Below, in pieces: positions 1-7,192 of a DNA stretch of 64,000 nt. A model generated the notes under the pieces. It saw nothing but the letters and a program-made list of their open reading frames with translations. It made no database searches and was not told where the DNA came from. This stretch comes from Candidatus Lindowbacteria bacterium RIFCSPLOWO2_12_FULL_62_27 (GTDB taxonomy: Bacteria > Lindowbacteria > 2-12-FULL-62-27), in the NCBI GenBank assembly GCA_001784175.1, contig MFPR01000020.1:62001-126000 (forward strand), given 5' to 3'. The number at the start of each line of letters is the position of its first letter. The stretch's first letter is position 1. Both the position numbers and the translations under genes were made by a program.

Positions 1-1
1 C

Positions 2-736
2 ATTCTTCTCGTGCTGACCGGCGTCGGCCCGGCCATCTCGTGGCGGAAGGCGACCGGATCGAACTTGGCGAGGAATTTTCTCACGCCGGCGGCCGGGGCC
101 GCGCTGTCGGTGGGGATTCTGTGGGCCGGGGGCGTGCGGCATCCAAAGGCGGCGATGGGGATCGGCTGCATCGTGTTTGTTCTGTCGTGTCTCATTCTCG
201 AATTCTACCGGGACACCGCCGCGCGGCGCCGGTCGACCGGCGAGGCATTTTTCCCCGCGATGGGGCGGCTGATCGGCAAGAACCGCCGGCGGTACGGCGG
301 ATACATCGTGCATGTGGGCGTTGCGGTTACGGCGCTCGGCATCGTCGCCTCGTCGGCCTATCAGGTTGAAAAACAACTGGAGCTTCAGCCGGGCCAGTCC
401 GCGCGCGTGGAGCGGTTTCGGCTGGAGATGGTGGACCTCACGGACGGCGTGCTGCCCAACGCGAAGACCGTCCGGCTGCGCCTGAACGTTTTCAACGAGA
501 ACCGTCCGATGGGCGAGCTTGTGGCTGAGAAGCGCTTGTACGAGAAAACGGAACAGCCGCACACGGAGACCGGCGTGATGGCCCGATTTTTTTATGACCT
601 CTATGTGGTCCTCGCCGGCTGGTCGGGCGACGGGACGGCGATGATCCATGTGTATGTGAATCCGCTCGTGAGCTGGGTGTGGCTGGGCGGCGGGATTTTG
701 CTGATGGGCGCCGTCGTGTGTTTGTGGCCGAAGTGA
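2..736 (+). CDS. ccmF: Cytochrome c heme lyase CcmF/NrfE, C-terminal part (5'-truncated by window)
   Basis: Frame open from the window edge; motifs RRRYGGYIVHVG, DLYVVL and VNPLVSWVWLGG typical of the CcmF C-terminus; followed by ccmH/ccmA/ccmB. Confidence 0.92.
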   Translation: MLLVLTGVGPAISWRKATGSNLARNFLTPAAGAALSVGILWAGGVRHPKAAMGIGCIVFVLSCLILEFYRDTAARRRSTGEAFFPAMGRLIGKNRRRYGGYIVHVGVAVTALGIVASSAYQVEKQLELQPGQSARVERFRLEMVDLTDGVLPNAKTVRLRLNVFNENRPMGELVAEKRLYEKTEQPHTETGVMARFFYDLYVVLAGWSGDGTAMIHVYVNPLVSWVWLGGGILLMGAVVCLWPK

Positions 737-1161
737 GCGCGTCGCTTGTGTTATTGCATCTGGCCCTCTTTTTCCCGGCTGCGACTCCCCAGCCCTCTGA
801 CTTGGTCTCGGAGTTCATGTGTCCGTGCCCCGACCGGTGCGGCAAGGCGCTCGAGGTGTGCGAGTGCTCGGACGCGGCCGGATACATCCAGGAACTCATG
901 GATCTGCGGAGCCGCGGCCTGAGCCGGGAGGCGGTGCGGGAGAAGTTCGTCGAGAAGTACGGCCCCTCGGTTCTGGCGTCCCCGCCCGCGAAAGGATTCG
1001 GCCTCGTCGTGTATCTGCTCCCGCCCCTGGCGGTACTCGGCGGCGCCGTTCTGGCGGTCGGGGTCGCGCGGCGGTGGAAGCGCCGGCCTGTTGGCGCGCC
1101 CAAGGTGACGGATGCGGATTTAAAACGGGCCGAGGAGGCGATGAAGAAATGGCGATCGTAG
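733..1161 (+). CDS. ccmH: Cytochrome c biogenesis protein CcmH-like
   Basis: GTG overlaps the ccmF TGA; signal-like N-terminus, Cys-rich motif CPCPDRC..CEC, 'FVEKYGPSVLASPP.KGF...YLLP' plus TM helix as in CcmH. Confidence 0.8.
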   Translation: MSASLVLLHLALFFPAATPQPSDLVSEFMCPCPDRCGKALEVCECSDAAGYIQELMDLRSRGLSREAVREKFVEKYGPSVLASPPAKGFGLVVYLLPPLAVLGGAVLAVGVARRWKRRPVGAPKVTDADLKRAEEAMKKWRS

Positions 1162-1424
1162 GCGCGGTCATGATGCTCCTGTCCGCCGCCGCGCTCTTGT
1201 ATGTCTTCTCGGCGTTTTTGAGCGATCCGGCCGGCGTCGGAGACGCCGGCACTTGGGGCGCCGGAGGCGCTGATCCGCCGTCACCGGCCGCCCGCGCGGC
1301 CGAAGCGATCGCCGAGATGGAAATGGATCTTGCCGCCGGAAAGATTTCCAGGGAGGATTTCGAGACGATCCGCAGTCAGGCCGTCGCGGAGTTGGCGGCG
1401 GAATTAAAGAAAGGACGCGCATGA
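1149..1424 (+). CDS. Small membrane protein, CcmI N-terminal-like
   Basis: N-terminal TM helix then 'EMEMDLAAGKISREDF' resembling the CcmI-1 domain; overlaps both neighbours. Confidence 0.6.
   Translation: MAIVGAVMMLLSAAALLYVFSAFLSDPAGVGDAGTWGAGGADPPSPAARAAEAIAEMEMDLAAGKISREDFETIRSQAVAELAAELKKGRA
1226..1277 (+). repeat. Intragenic palindromic element, copy 1
   Basis: ccggccggcgtcggagacgccggcacttggggcgccggaggcgctgatccg; 9-bp stem gccggcgtc/gacgccggc; near-identical copies at 2321-2371 (inverted) and 3743-3796. Confidence 0.9.
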
Positions 1425-2383
1425 ATCGGTTGTGGGGTCATTCTGTTAGTTTGTTAGTCAGCCATTGGTTCATTGTTGCATTCTCAATGTTGAATGTATC
1501 CGCCGTCCCCGCCGCCGGCGCCGAGCCGGGCCTGGCGATCCGGCAGAATCACCTGTTCTTTGAATTCGCCGGGGAGAGCGGCCGGGTGGTGTGCGGGATA
1601 CAGGAAATCGTGGTGATCGAAAACGCCGGCTCGGCGATTCCTGAAAATCCGGCCGGAACGGTCCGGTTGTCGGTTCCGGTGGCCGCCCTCTCGGTCCGCC
1701 CGATGCCGGTGCCGCCGGTCATGCCGGGCGCCGAATCTGTCCGGCCGCTTGAGGCATCGGAGGTGGACATCCAGCCGGGCGAATTGCGGATCAAACGACA
1801 TCTTCATGCGGGCAAGAACACGTTTTCGTACGCGTATATCCTCCCGGTTTCCGGCGACGCCGTCCGGTTTGAGAAGAAGGTGATCATGCCCACCCGCCTC
1901 CTCGTTTCCTTCGCGCCTGATGTCGGCGGGCTGACGTCGAAGACGCTGACGGTCGAACGCGCCGAGGGCGGATACAAGATCATCGGTCAGAGTCTGGCTG
2001 CGGGCACGATGATCGATCTGGAGTTCACCGGCGTCGGACGCGTGTCGGCTGGCGTCCCGACACCGGATCCCGGCGCCGCCCCGGTTCAGATCGCCCCGAG
2101 CCGGACCATCGAGGCGTTTCTGGCGCCGACGATGGCCGGCGTTATTCTGGCGCTGGTTGTGTTCCTACATCTTCGGCTGCGCCGGACCGCACGGTCGGTG
2201 GAGGCGCGATTCCGGAAATTTCTGATGGACGAAATCGAATCTCTCGACGCCGCTTTTGATCGAAGCGATGTGCGGCCGGAGTATCACAAGCGCAGAAAGA
2301 AACTCCTGATGGATATGCTCCGGATCAGCGCCTCCGGCGCCCCAAGTGCCGGCGTCTCTGACGCCGGCCGGGAGATTCATTGA
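1421..2383 (+). CDS. Exported membrane-anchored hypothetical protein associated with the ccm operon
   Basis: Signal-peptide-like N-terminus, beta-rich central region, C-terminal TM helix and short helical tail; 4-nt overlaps with both neighbours. Confidence 0.65.
   Translation: MNRLWGHSVSLLVSHWFIVAFSMLNVSAVPAAGAEPGLAIRQNHLFFEFAGESGRVVCGIQEIVVIENAGSAIPENPAGTVRLSVPVAALSVRPMPVPPVMPGAESVRPLEASEVDIQPGELRIKRHLHAGKNTFSYAYILPVSGDAVRFEKKVIMPTRLLVSFAPDVGGLTSKTLTVERAEGGYKIIGQSLAAGTMIDLEFTGVGRVSAGVPTPDPGAAPVQIAPSRTIEAFLAPTMAGVILALVVFLHLRLRRTARSVEARFRKFLMDEIESLDAAFDRSDVRPEYHKRRKKLLMDMLRISASGAPSAGVSDAGREIH
2321..2371 (-). repeat. Intragenic palindromic element, copy 2 (inverted)
   Basis: Reverse complement matches copy 1 over 51 bp with 1 mismatch. 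Confidence 0.9.
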
Positions 2384-3012
2384 TATCCATCACGGACCTC
2401 ACCGTCGATTTCGGTCCGGTACGGGCCTTGGATCACGTGACGCTGGATCTGCCGTCCGGCGCCATCATGGTTCTTGCCGGTCCGAACGGTTCCGGAAAGA
2501 GCACCCTGCTCTGGGCGATGGCGGGCCTGCTCCTGCCGACGTCCGGCGCCGTGCGACTGCGCGGGCCGGCTGGCGTGCCGTCGATCGGATTTCTGGCGCA
2601 TCAGAGTTTTCTGTATGAGGAACTCACCCCGCTTGAAAATCTCGTTCTGGCCGCGCGGCTGTGCGGTCTGTCCGATCCGGCCGGCCGGTCCATCGGGATG
2701 ATCCGGAAGATCGGGCTGGAATCCGAGTCCCGTCGGCGGGTGTCTACCTTGTCCCGGGGGCAGCAACAGTTGGCGGCGTTTGCGCGCGCGGTGTTGCCGG
2801 ACCCGCCGGTTCTGTTTCTGGACGAGCCGTTTTCGAATCTCGACCGGACGGCCGTCCACGTCATCCGTCAGATGCTTGATCCCTTTGTGTCCCCGGACCG
2901 TCTGGCGGTCATTGCGACGCACGATCCGAATCCGGAACCGTTGTCCGGCTTGCCGACCCGTTGCATCCAGATCGAATCGGGGCGGGTCCGCATGGTCCGC
3001 GGAGCATCATGA
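2380..3012 (+). CDS. ccmA: Heme exporter ABC ATP-binding protein CcmA
   Basis: Walker A GPNGSGKST, signature LSRGQQQ, Walker B VLFLDEPF; directly upstream of ccmB. Confidence 0.85.
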   Translation: MISITDLTVDFGPVRALDHVTLDLPSGAIMVLAGPNGSGKSTLLWAMAGLLLPTSGAVRLRGPAGVPSIGFLAHQSFLYEELTPLENLVLAARLCGLSDPAGRSIGMIRKIGLESESRRRVSTLSRGQQQLAAFARAVLPDPPVLFLDEPFSNLDRTAVHVIRQMLDPFVSPDRLAVIATHDPNPEPLSGLPTRCIQIESGRVRMVRGAS

Positions 3013-3677
3013 ATCCCGTATCGGCGCTGGCGGCGGCGGAACTGAAAGTCGAATGCCGGAACCCTTCGGGTGTTGTCTCCGCCGCAATGTTTTCCTGCCT
3101 CGCGCTTCTGGCGCAGGCGCTGGTCCTTCCAGGCGTGGTTGCGGCGCGCCCGGAGGCGGCCTTTGCGGCGTGTTTCATCGCTGTCTTTTTTTCGGTGCTT
3201 CTGGCGGAAACCGGCCGGATGGCGCGGGAATCCAAAACGGGAACGCCGTTTGTCCTTGCGCTCAGCCCGGCCTGCTCGCCGGCGCTCTTTGCGGGGAAAT
3301 CCGCTGTGCCGTTCGGTTTCATGATGCTGGTCGAAGCCTGCATGGCGCCGCTTCTGATTGTGTTCTTTAACCTGCCAGTCCGGGGGCCCTGGTGGGCCGT
3401 CGCGCTTCTCGCGGCGCTGGTGAATCTGTCCCTGGCGGGATTGACCACACTCCTCGGCGCCGCCGCGTCGTCCTGGAAAGGCGTCGCCCGCGCCGTCTCG
3501 TTGCCGCTCCTGGTCCTTCCGCTCGCGCTGCCCGTTCTGGCGACGGCCGTGGTCGGCGCCGCCCGCGCGATGGCGCACGATCCGTTCGGCGCGCATCTCC
3601 GGCTGCTTCTTGCATCGGCTCTGGCGATCTGGACCGTGGGCATGGCGACGTACGGGAAATTGCTTGGAAGATATTGA
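3009..3677 (+). CDS. ccmB: Heme exporter permease CcmB
   Basis: Hydrophobic ~222 aa; 'ELKVECR' N-terminus and 'LPLLVLPLALPVL' motif typical of CcmB; ATGA overlap with ccmA. Confidence 0.8.
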   Translation: MNPVSALAAAELKVECRNPSGVVSAAMFSCLALLAQALVLPGVVAARPEAAFAACFIAVFFSVLLAETGRMARESKTGTPFVLALSPACSPALFAGKSAVPFGFMMLVEACMAPLLIVFFNLPVRGPWWAVALLAALVNLSLAGLTTLLGAAASSWKGVARAVSLPLLVLPLALPVLATAVVGAARAMAHDPFGAHLRLLLASALAIWTVGMATYGKLLGRY

Positions 3678-3699
3678 TCGAAGAGATACCGTAGAGCGT

Positions 3700-4674
3700 A
3701 TGAGCGATTCGACCGGCCCGGAGGTTGGTCCGGAGGCGAAATTCCGGCCGGCGTCAGAGACGCCGGCACCTGGGGCGCCAGAGGCGCTGTTCCGCCCCCA
3801 GCTTCTGGTGCAGTGGTTTGTCATCCCGCTTCTCGTGGTGGGCTTGTGTGTCGGGCTGTATCTCAGTTTCCGGCTGCTGATGCTGGAGAGCAAGACGACG
3901 GAAGACTATTTGAACGAGCTGCGAAGCGGCAACCCGCATCGCGCCTGGCAGGCCGCGTTTGCGCTCGCCAACCAGGTCAATCTCGGCCGCCTCCCGGAAC
4001 ACGAACAGTCTGCGGTCGGCCGGCAGCTCCTCGAGATGCTGGACCAGAGTTCGGCCGGCGCAGGCGAAATCCGGCACTATCTGATTCTGACCCTGGGCCG
4101 GCTCCGGTACTCGGAGGCCGTTCCGCGCTTGCTCGCATTGGCCGACGGCGCGGACGCGACGGAAAAAATATACGCGCTGCTGGCGCTGGGAGAGATCAAA
4201 CCGGTCGAGGCGATCGACGCCGTGTCCCGGTCGCTGAATGATCCGGACCCGGGCGTCCGGAAAACCGCCGCGCATCTTTTCGCTGTGCTGAATCGCCCGC
4301 TGCCCGCCGGCCGGGTCAGCGCCTATACCCTGCCGCCGGACTGGCCGGTGCGCCTTCGGCCGGTCCTGAACGATCCGGTTGCGGACGTCCGATGGAACGC
4401 GGCGATTTCACTTGCCGAGTTCCGCGACCCGGCGGCCATTCCAGTGCTGGCCGGTATGCTGGACCGGCCGGTGCTGGCGGCCGAGCTGAAAGAATTCGGC
4501 GGACTTGACGAAACGAAGGTCGAAAAGATAATCAAGGCGGCACTGGCCGCAAGCCTGCAGTATCGGGATGCCGGCCTGGGCGGGAAAATCCAGACGCTGG
4601 CTGAATCGGATCCCAACGCCGCGGTGCAGGCGACTGCCCGACAGGCCTTGGAGCGCTTAAGAGGGACGAATTAA
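3700..4674 (+). CDS. Membrane-anchored HEAT/PBS-lyase repeat protein
   Basis: One N-terminal TM helix; repeats LNDPDPGVRKTAA, LNDPVADVRWNAA, ESDPNAAVQATA. Confidence 0.85.
   Translation: MSDSTGPEVGPEAKFRPASETPAPGAPEALFRPQLLVQWFVIPLLVVGLCVGLYLSFRLLMLESKTTEDYLNELRSGNPHRAWQAAFALANQVNLGRLPEHEQSAVGRQLLEMLDQSSAGAGEIRHYLILTLGRLRYSEAVPRLLALADGADATEKIYALLALGEIKPVEAIDAVSRSLNDPDPGVRKTAAHLFAVLNRPLPAGRVSAYTLPPDWPVRLRPVLNDPVADVRWNAAISLAEFRDPAAIPVLAGMLDRPVLAAELKEFGGLDETKVEKIIKAALAASLQYRDAGLGGKIQTLAESDPNAAVQATARQALERLRGTN
3743..3796 (+). repeat. Intragenic palindromic element, copy 3
   Basis: tccggccggcgtcagagacgccggcacctggggcgccagaggcgctgttccgcc; 4 mismatches to copy 1. Confidence 0.88.
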
Positions 4675-5223
4675 ATGGCGGAACAACCACAATCCCCAAA
4701 CGTCGAACCCAAACCCGCCGCACTTGGGGCGCCGGAGGCGCGGACCCGGCGCGGGTTTTTCAAGTGGCTGGGCGGCGCATGGGCGGCGTTTACGGCCGGC
4801 GTCGGCATGATGAACATTCTGACGGTCCGATTCCTCTATCCGAACGTGCTGTTCATTCCGCCCACCGACGTCAAAGTTGGCTTGCCGGAGGAATTCCAGG
4901 TGGGTCAGGTGGACACGCGGTTCAAGGACAAATTCGGGTTCTGGATCGTGCGGACCGAGGAGGGATTCTACGCCGTGTCGACGGTCTGCACCCACCTCGG
5001 CTGCCAGCCCAACTGGCTGGAGGCGGAACAGAAATTCAAATGCCCGTGCCACGGATCAGGATTTTATGTTTCGGGGATCAATTTCGAGGGCCCGGCGCCC
5101 CGGCCGCTTGAGCGGTTCCGCATCGTCCTCGCGGACGACGGGCAGATCTTGGTGGACAAGTCGAGAAAGTATCAGCATGAGTTAGGGCAATGGACAGACC
5201 CAGAGGCGTTCCTCAGAGTTTAA
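4675..5223 (+). CDS. qcrA: Rieske 2Fe-2S subunit of a Rieske/cytochrome b complex
   Basis: Tat-like TRRGFF, TM helix, CTHLGC and CPCHGS boxes, GPAPRPL. Confidence 0.95.
   Translation: MAEQPQSPNVEPKPAALGAPEARTRRGFFKWLGGAWAAFTAGVGMMNILTVRFLYPNVLFIPPTDVKVGLPEEFQVGQVDTRFKDKFGFWIVRTEEGFYAVSTVCTHLGCQPNWLEAEQKFKCPCHGSGFYVSGINFEGPAPRPLERFRIVLADDGQILVDKSRKYQHELGQWTDPEAFLRV
4720..4741 (+). repeat. Intragenic element, partial copy 4
   Basis: 22-bp exact match gcacttggggcgccggaggcgc to the right half of copy 1. Confidence 0.7.
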
Positions 5224-5257
5224 GAACGCCTCGTTTCGTAGCTCCCCGTTGCGGGGC

Positions 5258-5281
5258 TTCTGATTTTCTGAATTTCTGATT
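5258..5281. repeat. 3 x 8-bp tandem repeat TTCTGA(T/A)T
   Basis: ttctgatt-ttctgaat-ttctgatt in the Rieske-cytochrome b spacer. Confidence 0.7.
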
Positions 5282-5295
5282 TGAGGTGTACCCTG

Positions 5296-6114
5296 ATGTG
5301 GGACAAGATTAAGAATTACGTCACCGACTCCCAAGTCTGGAAATCCGTCATCCGGCACGGATACCCGGACACCCGCCGAAACCGTGTCCTGGTGGTCCTG
5401 ACCAACGTCTTTTTGCACCTGCACCCGACCAAGGTCCCGGCGCATTCGCTCAAGCTCTCCTACACGTGGTGCATGGGCGGCCTCACGTTTTTCCTGTTCC
5501 TGGTCGAGACTCTGACCGGCGTTCTCCTCATGTTTTACTACCGGCCCGTCGGCGAATACGCCTACAACGACATTCTCGCCCTCCGGGAACACGTCCCGCT
5601 CGGCATCATGCGCGAAATTCACCGTTGGGGCGCGCACGCCATGGTCATCACGGTCTGGCTTCACATGCTGCGCGTCTTTTTGACGGGTTCCTACAAGCCG
5701 CCCCGCGAGTTCAACTGGGGCGTCGGCGTGATTCTGCTCACGCTCACGCTCCTGTTGTCCTTCACCGGATATCTTCTCCCCTGGGACCAGCTCGCGATCT
5801 GGGCCATTACGGTTGGGTCCAACATGGCGCGCGCCACGCCCTTTGTCGGGCATGAAGGTCCGGGATCAAAACTCCTCAATCCCGGCCTGCTTGGCATGGA
5901 GGACATTCCGCTGATCCATGCGACCGACGACGCCCGGTTTGTGCTCTTGGGCGGCCCATTTGTCGGTGAAGCCACGCTGCTCCGGTTTTACGTTCTGCAC
6001 TGCGTCTTCATCCCGCTGGCGGCGGCCACCCTGATCGCCGTGCATTTCTGGCGGGTCCGAAAAGACGGAGGCATCTCCTCGCCGACGGACGACTTTTCCC
6101 AGAAACCCCTGTGA
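5296..6114 (+). CDS. qcrB: Cytochrome b N-terminal subunit (cytochrome b6-like)
   Basis: WCMGG, REIHRWGAH, HMLRVF, YKPPREFNW, TGYLLPWDQ, RFYVLH...HF heme-b ligand motifs. Confidence 0.95.
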   Translation: MWDKIKNYVTDSQVWKSVIRHGYPDTRRNRVLVVLTNVFLHLHPTKVPAHSLKLSYTWCMGGLTFFLFLVETLTGVLLMFYYRPVGEYAYNDILALREHVPLGIMREIHRWGAHAMVITVWLHMLRVFLTGSYKPPREFNWGVGVILLTLTLLLSFTGYLLPWDQLAIWAITVGSNMARATPFVGHEGPGSKLLNPGLLGMEDIPLIHATDDARFVLLGGPFVGEATLLRFYVLHCVFIPLAAATLIAVHFWRVRKDGGISSPTDDFSQKPL

Positions 6115-7190
6115 TCGAGACCCTCAAACACTGCATTAACGCCCTCGCCGCGCCGACGATCTTTTTGCCCCTGGTGGCGGCCGCGTTTTTCCTCGTCCTG
6201 CATTTTTACCGCACCATCACGCGCCCGAAGGTGGCGCTCGGTATCCTGATCGGCGCGATCCTGTTTTACGTCGTGTCGCTCTTCGACCCGAATTTCCAGC
6301 ACATCGTCGCCAAGCCGGACAACGTGCCGATCACGATCATGCTCCTCCTGTGTGGATTCTGCGTCTGGCTGGCCCTCCGGCAGGCCGCGATCAACGACGA
6401 GCGGATGGAACGGGGCCTTCCGCCGCTCGAAAAGGAGTCGAGCGAGACCATTTTCGTCTGGCCAGACCTCGTCTACATCGAATTTTTGTCCGCCATCCTT
6501 GTCGGCGTCATCCTGACCCTGTGGTCGATCGAGCTGAAAGCGCCGCTGGAGCAGCCGGCGAGCCCTTTCAAGGCGCCGAACCCCTCCAAGGCGCCGTGGT
6601 ACTTTCTGGGGTTGCAGGAAATGCTGGTGTATTTCGACCCGTGGCTGGCCGGCGTGGTTTTCCCGAGTCTGATCATCTCCGGGCTGATCTCTATTCCGTA
6701 CATGGACACCAATCCGCGGGGCAGCGGCTACTACTCGTTCAAACAGCGCCGGATGTCGATCACGATTTATCTGTTCGGATTCCTGTTTCTTTGGGTCACG
6801 CTCATCATGCTCGGCACGTTTTTCCGGGGACCCAACTGGAACTTTTTCGGGCCTTATGAATTCTGGGACGTCCACAAAGTCGAGCCGCTGGTCAATATCA
6901 ACCTGAGCGAGATCATCTACGTGAAACTCCTCCACACGGGCATGCCGGCCCACTGGCTGCCGCGGGAGATATGGGGCCTGCTCCTTGTCGGATTCTACCT
7001 CTTTGCCCTCCCGCCGATCCTGCAGAAAACGGTGCTGAAGAAATTTTACGCCGAGATGGGCTTTGTCCGATACAACGTCTTCATGATGCATTTCCTGATG
7101 ATGATGATGCTCCCGCTGAAGATGATCTGCCGGTGGATGTTCAACCTGAAATATTTCGTCGCCGTCACCGAGTTCTTTTTCAACATCTGA
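6111..7190 (+). CDS. Cytochrome b C-terminal / subunit IV-like membrane protein
   Basis: VWPDL, APLEQPA..PNPSKAPWYFLGLQE (PEWY-equivalent), PYMDTNP; multiple TM helices. Confidence 0.88.
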   Translation: MIETLKHCINALAAPTIFLPLVAAAFFLVLHFYRTITRPKVALGILIGAILFYVVSLFDPNFQHIVAKPDNVPITIMLLLCGFCVWLALRQAAINDERMERGLPPLEKESSETIFVWPDLVYIEFLSAILVGVILTLWSIELKAPLEQPASPFKAPNPSKAPWYFLGLQEMLVYFDPWLAGVVFPSLIISGLISIPYMDTNPRGSGYYSFKQRRMSITIYLFGFLFLWVTLIMLGTFFRGPNWNFFGPYEFWDVHKVEPLVNINLSEIIYVKLLHTGMPAHWLPREIWGLLLVGFYLFALPPILQKTVLKKFYAEMGFVRYNVFMMHFLMMMMLPLKMICRWMFNLKYFVAVTEFFFNI

Positions 7191-7192
7191 CC

